In this document: positions 37,213 to 46,809 of the stretch, piece by piece
Numbering within the stretch: the first letter of the stretch is position 1
Layout of the letters: every line of letters begins with the position of its first letter
Virus record (IMG/VR): IMGVR_UViG_3300015262_000001
Location: 62,001 to 126,000 of that record
Length of the DNA stretch: 64,000 nt
Strand: one strand, 5' to 3'
Notes under the pieces: generated by a model
What the model was told of the DNA's origin: nothing
What the model saw: the letters and a program-made list of their open reading frames with translations, nothing else
The model's database searches: none
Program-made: the position numbers and the translations under genes

Positions 37213-37761
37213 ATGGACACCGCTCAAGAAGCAGTAAAGCCTAGAGAAATCTCTCCCTTTGCAGACAAGTTATCTGACCTGGATAAGAAACACAGGACTG
37301 AAGACGACGAAGCCGCTGAGGCAATGGACAACCTCCGTAAAGCATTGACCGCAGACCTGGAAGATGAAGACCAGAATAAACTGGTAGAAGCCATCCAGGT
37401 TAACCGTGCATTGCTCCTGAAATACGCCATGCAGCAATACCTGTCCAAGCCCAGCAGCGCTTCGCTGCTGGAAGGTGTCAGCTCTCTCCTGGGTCACATG
37501 GAAAAAGTTGTCCGTGATAACCGTAAGGAAAAAGCCAAAAAGAAAGAAGGCGAAACCAACGTACTGGCATTCAACGAAATGCTGGAAGCCATGAAGACCA
37601 TTAGCAGCGGCGCAGTTGCGTTGCCAGTGTTCGACATGTCGCGGTTCTTGCTGGATCCTAACAAGTCTCTGCTGGATCAGACCAAGAACGTTTCCCCTAT
37701 CAAACCGGGTGAACTCGTTCAAGGCATCCAGGTGGTCGATATAGATGGTAACGCGGTGTAA
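37213..37761 (+). CDS. Hypothetical helical protein, 182 aa
   Basis: ORF with strong codon bias, followed by a terminator. Confidence 0.75.
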   Translation: MDTAQEAVKPREISPFADKLSDLDKKHRTEDDEAAEAMDNLRKALTADLEDEDQNKLVEAIQVNRALLLKYAMQQYLSKPSSASLLEGVSSLLGHMEKVVRDNRKEKAKKKEGETNVLAFNEMLEAMKTISSGAVALPVFDMSRFLLDPNKSLLDQTKNVSPIKPGELVQGIQVVDIDGNAV

Positions 37762-37782
37762 AAACATTTAACAGCATAAAGG

Positions 37783-37811
37783 CTAGAGTGGAGGCAGTGC
37801 CTCCACTCTAG
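37783..37811. terminator. Bidirectional intrinsic terminator
   Basis: ctagagtggaggc-agt-gcctccactctag. Confidence 0.8.
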
Positions 37812-37819
37812 TTGCAGGG

Positions 37820-38557
37820 TCACTTTTCCGAGTAATCGAAGAACTGATGCTTAATCGGCACCAGGGTGATAGCCGTACCCAAGGACATGCTCATGCTGAA
37901 GATCAGGTCGGAAACACTACCCGTAAAGGTATCGAGCTTCTTAGCCAAAATATCAGGCACAATAAACGCTGTGTTTGGAATCGGGAACTTGCTCAAGGAT
38001 TCCATCAACGTCTTGGAATCCTCACCGATCAGCGAGTCGTACTTGAATACGTAACGGAACTGCTTGTAATACTGAGCGGTCATCGTCGCCGGATCACTGC
38101 TGAACGTCTTGACCGACACCAACCCTTTGAACGCACTACGGCAATGAAGAACAAAGTCATCGATCATTGCTTGGTCAAATTCATAGGGGAAGATGTTGAC
38201 GTTAAGGTTAACCGTCTTGATCGCTACCGGCTTCTCTTCCAACTGCTCCAACGACACCACAGTGCGGATGAAGTCGTTATAGAAGTTAGACGGGTAGTAC
38301 ATGAGCCACGAGCTGACAGAACGTTTCTTCCAGGCCGCTTCATACTTCTCCCGATCAATGTCGAAGAACGGGTAGCTGAAGGTATCCATTTCACGCGCTT
38401 TGTAGTTATCAGCTACGTGCAGGTCCCAGAGACGGTTGCCCTCTGCCTTGCGTTTGGCATCATCTTCAATGCCTTCAGTCATCAACAGACTGAGTAACCC
38501 ACGACGGGGATCATAGATACAATCGATCTCCGTATAGATTTCCAGGACCTTATTCAT
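37820..38557 (-). CDS. Conserved protein, phiKZ gp147-like (HAD-like N-terminus, YTEIDC), 245 aa
   Basis: IYTEIDCIYDPRRGLL resembles the family N-terminal motif; synteny with gp149/gp152-like genes. Confidence 0.65.
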   Translation of the reverse strand: MNKVLEIYTEIDCIYDPRRGLLSLLMTEGIEDDAKRKAEGNRLWDLHVADNYKAREMDTFSYPFFDIDREKYEAAWKKRSVSSWLMYYPSNFYNDFIRTVVSLEQLEEKPVAIKTVNLNVNIFPYEFDQAMIDDFVLHCRSAFKGLVSVKTFSSDPATMTAQYYKQFRYVFKYDSLIGEDSKTLMESLSKFPIPNTAFIVPDILAKKLDTFTGSVSDLIFSMSMSLGTAITLVPIKHQFFDYSEK

Positions 38558-38994
38558 TTCTTCTCGTCCTTCGCCGGAGCGTCAGGAGTGACTTCCAGGC
38601 GCATGGAGTCACCATACACACGTGTAGCCAGTAGGACAAGGTAGGACAAGGCCTTGTGGTCGTCATGACGCTTAACCGACTCACCACCAGGCGTACCGGT
38701 GATTACGCTGTTCAGCAGCTTTTCGAAATCATCGATCAGCTTCTCACGAGCCATTCCCAGGTCGGTCAGCACCTGCATCTGGAAATTGATCCAGCCATCG
38801 TAAGCTTCACCATCAGCGCCGATACCGAGGAAGAACGTGTCGTAAGCTTCACCGAAACGAACCAAAGGCGTCAGGAAGATGGTCGACATCGGGATCTTCA
38901 GATTAGGCAACTCCTTAGGCTGAAGATCGATTAGAGCATTGTTGATCACCAACTTAAGGTGCAACAGGTCGTTCATGTCACTCATGTCATCCAT
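38554..38994 (-). CDS. Hypothetical protein, 146 aa
   Basis: Operon-packed ORF with overlapping stop/start. Confidence 0.7.
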   Translation of the reverse strand: MDDMSDMNDLLHLKLVINNALIDLQPKELPNLKIPMSTIFLTPLVRFGEAYDTFFLGIGADGEAYDGWINFQMQVLTDLGMAREKLIDDFEKLLNSVITGTPGGESVKRHDDHKALSYLVLLATRVYGDSMRLEVTPDAPAKDEKK

Positions 38995-39002
38995 GGTGCA
39001 CC

Positions 39003-39683
39003 TTATCTACGAGAGTTCATGTTGTTGTCGATACCACGAGCCCGCAACAAATAATGCGCAGTCTTCAAGACCTTGGCGATGTCACCGCGCTCCAGGCTGG
39101 AGTTGGTGTTGGTCTTGCCCGTGGTGAGGATGTCGTTCTTGTACGCACGCAGGGCCTGCTGGTCACCACCCTTGACGTTATACAGTTCGTTGGCCATGAT
39201 GGTCAGCCCGAGGTTACGTAGTACAGTAATCTCAGGTTGGCTAATGCCCGTTGAACGGCTGTCACCCATGACCTGCCCAGTGAGGTCGTCGATGGCTGTG
39301 TCGTCTTTGGCAGCGGAGAACTTTTTTACCCACATCTGACGTTGTTTACGCAGCACATCGGTACCCACAATCGCGGTGTACGGAGTCATCGACTTGATGC
39401 CCGTTTCCTCGTCGTAGATAACCAGCCGCTGTTCCAAGGATACGTTGTATTCCTTAGCCAGCTTCTTGAGGTTTTCCCAATCGATCATCTCATCCGGGTT
39501 GTCGTTGCTTCCCCAGATGGCCAGTACGCCGATTTCTTCCAGCTTGACCATGAACTCGTCAAACTGTTTATCGTTCAGGGCTTTGAACAACCGTTCGTAG
39601 ATTACACGGTTACCGCCACCCTTGGTGACTTTACCCATAAACGTCAGGATAAAGTCCTCAAATCCCTTACGGTTCTTTGCCAT
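39003..39683 (-). CDS. Virion RNA polymerase beta subunit, C-terminal part (phiKZ gp149-like), 226 aa
   Basis: FSAAKD..DDLTGQV..DSRSTGISQPE...LG...ELYNVKGGD aligns with RpoB C-terminal HARSTG..TQQP...GEME...TVKSDD. Confidence 0.85.
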   Translation of the reverse strand: MAKNRKGFEDFILTFMGKVTKGGGNRVIYERLFKALNDKQFDEFMVKLEEIGVLAIWGSNDNPDEMIDWENLKKLAKEYNVSLEQRLVIYDEETGIKSMTPYTAIVGTDVLRKQRQMWVKKFSAAKDDTAIDDLTGQVMGDSRSTGISQPEITVLRNLGLTIMANELYNVKGGDQQALRAYKNDILTTGKTNTNSSLERGDIAKVLKTAHYLLRARGIDNNMNSRR

Positions 39684-39685
39684 GT

Positions 39686-40057
39686 TTACTTCCTCTGGTA
39701 CCCGTACTTGGTGTAAGGCTTGTTGGCGTTGGTCACCACCTCACACGCCATCGAGAGGAAGGGATCGTTTTGTGCGATCGTGATGGTCACCAGCTTGTCG
39801 AACAGCATGGTTACGTTTTCCAACGTCTGACCAAACACAGTCTTGTTCTTGTCATCGACTGGAATGATGCCAATCGTTTCGTCAATATTACCCAAGCCGT
39901 ACTTACCAGAAACAGTGAACATGGTAAGACCTTGGTCGGATTGCTCGGCCAGCTTTGACTTCAAGCGAGCCATGTAAGCGAATGGGTCAGCACAGAGATT
40001 GATAAAATTACTGTCGGCAACCACGAGTACTACATTCCCACATTGTTCGGTATCCAT
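39686..40057 (-). CDS. Hypothetical protein, 123 aa
   Basis: Operon-packed ORF. Confidence 0.7.
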   Translation of the reverse strand: MDTEQCGNVVLVVADSNFINLCADPFAYMARLKSKLAEQSDQGLTMFTVSGKYGLGNIDETIGIIPVDDKNKTVFGQTLENVTMLFDKLVTITIAQNDPFLSMACEVVTNANKPYTKYGYQRK

Positions 40058-40121
40058 TACCCGTATCCCCTAAATAAGAAATAGGGACTCGATGGATTGA
40101 GTCCCCTATACATATAGCCGC

Positions 40122-41618
40122 TTATTTCTTAGCGGTTTTCTCCAGCCAATATGGCTTGCGTTCGCCAATGGCGATTTTCAACAGCTCCATAGTCGAGACG
40201 GTGTGCTGTTTGATCTCTGGGTTCGTGTGCCAGTAGTACACGGTGTTTTCCAGAATGTCGTCCCAGCTGTACCCCTGCTCCTTGATCTTTGCATACAGTT
40301 CTTGAGGGGTGATGCGATAACGCTTCGGTGTATCGAGCCAGAAGGCTTGCATGTGCAGCATCTGGTAGCAGATGGTCAGTGCGCGTTCCAACTTAGGATC
40401 GGTCAGTGTCTTTTCCCAAATGGTGGTACGACCCAGTTTGAGTTCAGGGTACAAAACGCAGGCGTGGCTGATCGCCGAGCCTTCAAGACCGAACATGCCG
40501 TTAGTTTTCATAGCATGATACATGGTCAAACCTTCCTGGATCCCTAAACTTTGGGAACCAATAAAGAAGAAACTACCACCACTAGAACCACTCTTGTTAC
40601 GATAAGCAGTAAATGGGTAAAACAAAAGGTCTGGGTTTTCTTTAGCATCTGCATCGAGAACAATATCTTTACCGTAAGGGTTAGGGTACAGCCATTCCTG
40701 GCCGTTCTTCAGAGCGGAACCTTTGATGATCTCCCAGCCAACTTGTGGGACACGCATCAGAGACTTAGGTCCCTTGAGCTTCTTACCAGGACGGATGAAG
40801 ACCGATTCCTTTTCCTGGGGACGTCCGGACATGTTGATGGTGTCTACCACCTGAGCAGTCCAGAACTGCACGCAACCAACTTCGCCACCGAGTACGTCAG
40901 CGTCTTCATAGACGATGCGTTTCATGTTGCCGATGGCCATGTCACGAGTACGCTTCTCACCGCCTTCGTCGACATCGCCGTCTTGGAAGTGTGCCGATAC
41001 CTTGTGGAAGTGCATCTCAGAGATCGAGTCCACAAAGGTAATGATCGGGGTAATCAGTTTGATTGGCAAACCGTCATTACCGAGGTACGGTGTAGTGATG
41101 TAAATGTCTTTCTTGGCTTTGATGTCTTCTTTGACCTTAACGTTCAGGTCTTTGAAGAAGTTGTGCACCCAAGTACCGTCTACGCCGGCGATCTCAGCTT
41201 TCGGATCATGGCGGCCGAATGGGTTGGCCTTGTGGTCATTACGGTTGAAGTAGAACAAACGTTTGTTGAGAACGTGCTCCATGAAGTAGCCCGGAATCCC
41301 ACATTCCCGGTCATACATGTCAGCCATACGTTTAATCGACAACGTTGCTTCGATGTCCATGATGAAGGAAATCGACGTTGGAATGCGGAACAGCATGCGC
41401 ACGATTTGCAGTACGGCTTCACCCGTCTTCTGTGTATTGTTCCCCCCACACACCGCGTTGTTACGGCACGCCCCACCGTTAAGGTAAGTAATGCCGTTTG
41501 GACCGACCACGTGTTCGCCGTTGACCATGTCGTTGATCGGCGATACGTTATATGCTGGAATCAGTGCATCAGATGATTTGATCGCGTCAACAAAAGAAAA
41601 CGGACTTATACTCGCCAT
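40122..41618 (-). CDS. uvsX: UvsX/RecA-like recombinase (phiKZ gp152-like), 498 aa
   Basis: Variant P-loop CGGNNTQKTG, Walker B ITFVDSISE, YRNKSG motif; synteny. Confidence 0.82.
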   Translation of the reverse strand: MASISPFSFVDAIKSSDALIPAYNVSPINDMVNGEHVVGPNGITYLNGGACRNNAVCGGNNTQKTGEAVLQIVRMLFRIPTSISFIMDIEATLSIKRMADMYDRECGIPGYFMEHVLNKRLFYFNRNDHKANPFGRHDPKAEIAGVDGTWVHNFFKDLNVKVKEDIKAKKDIYITTPYLGNDGLPIKLITPIITFVDSISEMHFHKVSAHFQDGDVDEGGEKRTRDMAIGNMKRIVYEDADVLGGEVGCVQFWTAQVVDTINMSGRPQEKESVFIRPGKKLKGPKSLMRVPQVGWEIIKGSALKNGQEWLYPNPYGKDIVLDADAKENPDLLFYPFTAYRNKSGSSGGSFFFIGSQSLGIQEGLTMYHAMKTNGMFGLEGSAISHACVLYPELKLGRTTIWEKTLTDPKLERALTICYQMLHMQAFWLDTPKRYRITPQELYAKIKEQGYSWDDILENTVYYWHTNPEIKQHTVSTMELLKIAIGERKPYWLEKTAKK

Positions 41619-41722
41619 TGCAACCTTCCTGATAATTTTATGAATTCAATCCAGGGCCAATCCGCCCAATTATTACTGGGCAAGCTGCCCTCCCCCAAAC
41701 TATAGCAATGCAGAGGTCAGTA

Positions 41723-42544
41723 ATGGAACAATCCACCGACACCCCGAACTACCTGGCACTGGTACAGAAACCAGAACCTTTTACCGTTCAAGGCTTTGAA
41801 GCCCTGAGCCTGGGTGAAAACTTTAAGCTGTTCTTTAAAGAGTTCACTTCCTCGATTGACAACCGCATGGCAACGCTGAGCAAGTCAATCCATAAGGTGG
41901 ACGCCTCCGCCGCTCAACACAGCATCACCAGCCACAAGGTGCTGTACGTCAAGAACACCGGTGTTGAAGTCCTCGCCCCAGAAGGCTATGCCGTGGGCAT
42001 GGGCAACATGATGGCGCACACCAAAGCAGTGACCGATGGCATCTACATCGTGTGCAGTTTGAAAACCGAAGCATCGAGACTATATGATTGGCTGAAACAA
42101 GTCATCCGTAATGGTCGTATCGATCGCAGCTTTAACTGGAGCATTCGCGACTTCGACAACGCTCTGGGCAAGACCGAAAACTTCGTACGCCAACTACCTG
42201 CCAGTGGTCGCCACCTGAAGTACACTCTCGGCCAGATGTACTTTAACTTCGACGAGTTCTTCGCTTGTGTTGATACCTTTAACGACACGGTACAGACCCT
42301 CGGCGCACGTGATATCGAAATGCTGGCTAAGGAACTGAACAACGTTTACGAACTGGGTCAGCTGTTGACTCACAAGATCCAGTCGAACGAACTGGTGATC
42401 AACGAACAAGGTATCGATGACATCGAAACCATCATCAACAAGTTTGTTGGCCTGGTGAACTTGTCGGGTGCCGTCCTGGTGCTCCTGAACGACCTCACAG
42501 CGGTGTTCAACGAACAAACCAAGACCATCGCAGCCTTGCGTTAA
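41723..42544 (+). CDS. Virion head protein, phiKZ gp153-like, 273 aa
   Basis: gaggt RBS; candidate G-F-E protease site at residues 24-26; synteny. Confidence 0.65.
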   Translation: MEQSTDTPNYLALVQKPEPFTVQGFEALSLGENFKLFFKEFTSSIDNRMATLSKSIHKVDASAAQHSITSHKVLYVKNTGVEVLAPEGYAVGMGNMMAHTKAVTDGIYIVCSLKTEASRLYDWLKQVIRNGRIDRSFNWSIRDFDNALGKTENFVRQLPASGRHLKYTLGQMYFNFDEFFACVDTFNDTVQTLGARDIEMLAKELNNVYELGQLLTHKIQSNELVINEQGIDDIETIINKFVGLVNLSGAVLVLLNDLTAVFNEQTKTIAALR

Positions 42545-42559
42545 TAAGCAGCCATAAAC

Positions 42560-42595
42560 CTAACTACAGGAGCCTTTGCGGGCTCCTGTAGTTAG
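42560..42595. terminator. Bidirectional intrinsic terminator
   Basis: ctaactacaggagcc / ggctcctgtagttag 15-bp inverted repeat. Confidence 0.85.
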
Positions 42596-42603
42596 TAAGT
42601 GCT

Positions 42604-44121
42604 TTATGACTTTCTACCCAGCTCTGCTTCCGACAATACTCGAAGGTTTGCCCCTGCACTGGTGTGCACGTAGATAAAGTCGTTAGTCTTTACCAGTGTG
42701 CAGTAACGCATACCTTGCGCGTTACGGGAGTCTACCGCTACCCACACCTCGACATCAGGGTCCTCAACCGAGTTAAACGAGTTGCGCTCTGGAATGTCGT
42801 AACCCACAGACAACATGATCGGTACTGGCTTAACCGCATTGCGATGTTCGACCAGAACTTTAAATGATGTCTTTAGCTGATTAAACTCAGGGTTCAACTT
42901 CACCTTGACAACACCCTTGCTATTGGCTTCCTTGGTGTAGATCATATCCGTGATATTGTAGAACTTGGTATCACCAAAGACATTGTTCTCATCCTTTTTA
43001 AGGAACGATTCCATCACAATGTCCATGGTGTCCAGGAACTCACGGATGCGATACGACATCAAGACCGGAGAGATCAGTTCGATCAATATCGGTTTACCAT
43101 TGCCCTTAGTAACAGGCGAGACCAGGTTGTTGTCTTCCTTAATAGCAGGAATCCCGTCCAGCATGCGCGCCACGTCTTTACTCGTGAGGTTGTTAAGAGT
43201 TCCCGCCGACAGGTACCCGTCTGGGTTTGCAATCTTCTTGGCGGTAAACTCGAACATCTTGTCCAATAACGTGATTGGAGTCAATGTGTACAGCTTCGAG
43301 TAGGTGACGTCAGGCGTAATCTTGCCGTAGTAGTTTTTGTCGGGCTCCACTTTGCCGAAGCTGTAGACCCGATACCCATGAAAAAGATCGTAGAACTTGT
43401 CAAACTGACCAGTCTCGAAGTACCAGCGGGTAGCGCTGACCATCTTGTTAAAATCCGACTCAGGGTTCTCGTATTCCTTACGAGACATTACCGAAACATC
43501 CGGCTTCTGTTCATGACCCCAAACGCTAGATATCTCAGCGATTTCCATTTGCTTGTGAGCGAGACGGTTACCCAACCCACCCTCAGCAGAACCTGGAAGA
43601 TCGAAGAACAACTTACGTTCCTTGTTATTTCTCAGGATCTCCAGCTGTTCGTAAACCTCGAGGCCGATCTTGACTTCTTCTTTGGTCAGAATGTGTTTGC
43701 CCACTTTTACATCTTGACCAGTTATCACGTTCCAAGCGGGTTCTTGCATTTTACTAATGAGTTCCAGTTCCTTGTGGGGTGTTATGATCCACAAGTTCTT
43801 TTGCCCACGTTCATTTGCTACCTTGAGAACCTCCAAGAATCCTTTCATCAAACTGTCAACCAAACTGCTCGCGTTGGGAACAGTCAGACTGATGATATCC
43901 TGTACCACAACCACGGTGTTGGGTTTCTGTTTATTGCCAGTGTAATAACCAGTCGACGTGGCTACGTCTTTGGCGAGTTTCTTCTTACCTTCTTCTTTCA
44001 CATCATAGGTATAACCGTGGCCACCCAGGTAGTAATGATGTTTACGACGACCTTCCTTGGGCTCTAAGGCATTTGCAATGAGATAAACGACCATGTTTAT
44101 CGTTGGAATGATTTCGTCCAT
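42604..44121 (-). CDS. RNase H-like protein (phiKZ gp155-like), catalytic residues apparently lost, 505 aa
   Basis: Position in the gp152-gp158 block; GGHGYTY and GNRLAH segments match the RNase H scaffold by eye. Confidence 0.65.
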   Translation of the reverse strand: MDEIIPTINMVVYLIANALEPKEGRRKHHYYLGGHGYTYDVKEEGKKKLAKDVATSTGYYTGNKQKPNTVVVVQDIISLTVPNASSLVDSLMKGFLEVLKVANERGQKNLWIITPHKELELISKMQEPAWNVITGQDVKVGKHILTKEEVKIGLEVYEQLEILRNNKERKLFFDLPGSAEGGLGNRLAHKQMEIAEISSVWGHEQKPDVSVMSRKEYENPESDFNKMVSATRWYFETGQFDKFYDLFHGYRVYSFGKVEPDKNYYGKITPDVTYSKLYTLTPITLLDKMFEFTAKKIANPDGYLSAGTLNNLTSKDVARMLDGIPAIKEDNNLVSPVTKGNGKPILIELISPVLMSYRIREFLDTMDIVMESFLKKDENNVFGDTKFYNITDMIYTKEANSKGVVKVKLNPEFNQLKTSFKVLVEHRNAVKPVPIMLSVGYDIPERNSFNSVEDPDVEVWVAVDSRNAQGMRYCTLVKTNDFIYVHTSAGANLRVLSEAELGRKS

Positions 44122-44181
44122 TGTGAGGTGCTCTCAAAAGGTGTAGTTACACATTAATGAGCTCTCGGGTGAAGATTCACA

Positions 44182-44634
44182 TCACGGACGGTGAAGTGCC
44201 TTACGCACCAGCGCTTTGTTGTTTTCCCGCAAGATGGTGTTCTCGTCCAGAGTCTGTAATAGCTGTAAACGCAACCAATGGTTTTGTTCAAACAGACGAG
44301 CGTTAGTCTTGAGGAAAAGGATATTTTCTTGCTTTAAGGCCACGTTCTGACCCGCCAGCATGTCGTTGATGCGAATGAACCCTTTGATAGGCCCACCGTT
44401 ATCCCCATCGAACAAAAGGTTTACTTTAGAAATACCCACCTCCATGTCCGAGAGTTCGGTTCGCATGTTGAAGTTCGCAATCAAAAGACTGGTCGCCGTA
44501 AACATGAGTACCGTCACCAAGAAGATAGAAGTCTTCAGTGCCGATGTTAATTGCTCTTCAAGTGTTTCACCCTTTGTCAACGAGAGTACAAATTCTATAG
44601 ATCTGTTGGTTAGCTCTCTAAAGACCGCTAACAT
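44182..44634 (-). CDS. Single-pass membrane protein with coiled-coil C-terminus (phiKZ gp156-like), 150 aa
   Basis: Hydrophobic helix SIFLVTVLMFTATSLLIANF and heptad-rich tail. Confidence 0.65.
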   Translation of the reverse strand: MLAVFRELTNRSIEFVLSLTKGETLEEQLTSALKTSIFLVTVLMFTATSLLIANFNMRTELSDMEVGISKVNLLFDGDNGGPIKGFIRINDMLAGQNVALKQENILFLKTNARLFEQNHWLRLQLLQTLDENTILRENNKALVRKALHRP

Positions 44635-44665
44635 GGGACCATCCTTACTGAAGAGGTGAGAGTTT

Positions 44666-46009
44666 ATGAGCGCTGTAATGTATTTGTCTTTTGGTAGTAT
44701 TTCACCACTTTATAACAACAATCCAGAGAACGCCGCTCCATTGGGCGAACTCTCTAACAAATCCAGGAGCTATCAGAAAGACCCTGGTACCTTTACCCGT
44801 ACTGATGCTGCTACGGTTACTGAACTGGTTAACTTCCTCACCCTGACGGATGAAGTTGAAACCAAGATGCCAGCCAGTATTGCACTGGTACAAATCGGCA
44901 TCAGCGATTGGCTTTATGCACAGGCAAAGTTGGGTAACATTACCAGCAGCCGTCCACTTACGCTAGCTCTTTTGCAAGCAACTTTTTCGAACAACATCGA
45001 TATTACCGATATTGGCGAGATGGTTACCGACAACGCCATCTGGATGCCAAGCTTTATCCACGGTGCTCATCTGGTAAACGGCGAGCGTCAAGACTTCTAC
45101 CTGTGGTTTGCTGACGCTTACTTCCAGGATCAGTTCCCTCGGGTCAAGTTCACCGCAGTGCACCCGCTTCCTCTGGGAGAAATGGACTTCCTGATGGAAG
45201 CCAACTACCAGCAGATCGGAGCCCGTCTACTGCTGGAAACTCCGAAGGTTATCGAAGATCGCCTGAAGACCCTTAATAGCCAAAGTGCGTGGCCCTATAC
45301 CGACCGGGATGTGTTGGAGTTCCAGATCATGGACCTCGTCAATACACCAAGCTTCAACGTCGGTAGCTGGACCTACATCTGGTGGGGTAACGGCAAGGAT
45401 GCAGAAGATCAACTGTTCGATCAACTGCAACAAGAGATCCTCGACAACTCCCAATTCCCCCGTAGTCGCTGGGAAGAGAAGATCCCTGACCTGTTCAACC
45501 CGCTCGAGTTTTACGTCATCCCGAACTTCGACCGTTATGGCTTGTTGAACAAGACCAACGGCGCGAAGCAATACTCGCCAATCACCGATCGTGAAACCAT
45601 GATGGTGCTGGTTGACAGGTATCTGACCCCGAACATGACGAGTGACCACGTCATAAAATCCATGCAGGAAGTTCCTTTCCTTTATAAGTCGCTTAACTGT
45701 GCCTTCGTGGCCAAGTTGAACAACCGTGCTGGCATGGAAAAGATTACCGCACTGTTCCCTGATTACTCGCTCATCCCGACGGAAGATTCTGACCTCGATC
45801 TGATGAACCCTGTCACGATGAACTTCATCTTCCAAATGGAAGGCTTGTTGGCTGCTGCTGAAACGGTTACCCCGATCAGTCTGCCTCCGCAGGGTATCAC
45901 CCGTGTAGTGCGCTTCGGTCAAACCTACGTCGCCCGTCGTATCGGTAAAGTCAAAATCCTGATACTGACGAAGTATCAAATGTTGCAAGACGGTGTAGTG
46001 AGTGAATAA
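44666..46009 (+). CDS. Virion structural protein, phiKZ gp157-like, 447 aa
   Basis: N-terminal NNPENAAPLGELS motif typical of the family; synteny. Confidence 0.7.
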   Translation: MSAVMYLSFGSISPLYNNNPENAAPLGELSNKSRSYQKDPGTFTRTDAATVTELVNFLTLTDEVETKMPASIALVQIGISDWLYAQAKLGNITSSRPLTLALLQATFSNNIDITDIGEMVTDNAIWMPSFIHGAHLVNGERQDFYLWFADAYFQDQFPRVKFTAVHPLPLGEMDFLMEANYQQIGARLLLETPKVIEDRLKTLNSQSAWPYTDRDVLEFQIMDLVNTPSFNVGSWTYIWWGNGKDAEDQLFDQLQQEILDNSQFPRSRWEEKIPDLFNPLEFYVIPNFDRYGLLNKTNGAKQYSPITDRETMMVLVDRYLTPNMTSDHVIKSMQEVPFLYKSLNCAFVAKLNNRAGMEKITALFPDYSLIPTEDSDLDLMNPVTMNFIFQMEGLLAAAETVTPISLPPQGITRVVRFGQTYVARRIGKVKILILTKYQMLQDGVVSE

Positions 46010-46011
46010 CC

Positions 46012-46752
46012 ATGGCTGATCAAAACATGATCCCGGCTATTAATGCCGCGGGTCGCTTCGAAGCAGCAGCTCCGTTTGACCAGATCGTAAACCAGTCTAC
46101 CTATTACACGGTAGAGGCCACCCGCACCATCCACGAGATGGAAGGTGCTAAGCTGGATCTTTACAGTCTGGTGTTCCAACCAGTTGGTGTGAGTCCTGAA
46201 GACTTCCCACTGGTCGTTAAACGTGCCAAAGATGCTGGAGCGATCATCTGCGCACTGCTGGACCGTAATGGGGTTCCTGTTTATGTACCCACCACCTACC
46301 TGACGTCGTTTCCGTTAGTAGATGGTGTGTCGTATGAACGCATGTGCATGATCGCTGACCTGGGTCCTGTACCACCGTCCATGGCCGCGGCTATGCAACA
46401 GGTGCTGGACCACACCAAGCAGTACATCACGGCTACCATGGGCATTGCCTCTGTCGTAAGACTGGGGACCATTCCAACCGTGGGCTACGTGAGCCAGCAA
46501 CAAGCTGATGCGTATGAGAACACCCGTAAAGGACAGATCACCGATACCAGCAACGATGTAGCCAAAGTACGCACCCTGACTCAACAGGTAGCAAACAAGG
46601 ATACCTACATCGTTAAGTTGGAAGGTGATTTGATCGGTACCAAAGATAGTCTGGCTCTGGCTGAGGCTAAACTTACTGCGACTCAAGCGGCACTTGCTAG
46701 TGCTAACGAGGCGTTGGTAGCGGCTGGGCTTCCTCCAATACCAGTACCCTGA
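46012..46752 (+). CDS. Virion structural protein, phiKZ gp158-like, 246 aa
   Basis: Co-oriented with the gp157-like gene; C-terminal coiled coil; followed by a terminator. Confidence 0.65.
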   Translation: MADQNMIPAINAAGRFEAAAPFDQIVNQSTYYTVEATRTIHEMEGAKLDLYSLVFQPVGVSPEDFPLVVKRAKDAGAIICALLDRNGVPVYVPTTYLTSFPLVDGVSYERMCMIADLGPVPPSMAAAMQQVLDHTKQYITATMGIASVVRLGTIPTVGYVSQQQADAYENTRKGQITDTSNDVAKVRTLTQQVANKDTYIVKLEGDLIGTKDSLALAEAKLTATQAALASANEALVAAGLPPIPVP

Positions 46753-46765
46753 TGCAGCCATAACG

Positions 46766-46797
46766 CCTCTAACAGCCCTTGTGGGGGCTGTTAGAGG
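46766..46797. terminator. Bidirectional intrinsic terminator
   Basis: cctctaacagccc / gggctgttagagg. Confidence 0.8.
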
Positions 46798-46809
46798 TAG
46801 TCGTGGTTA

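Noticed and set aside
44182-44634. Membrane coiled-coil protein as an i-spanin
   Set aside because: No embedded or adjacent lipoprotein o-spanin was found, and the gene is not near the endolysin.
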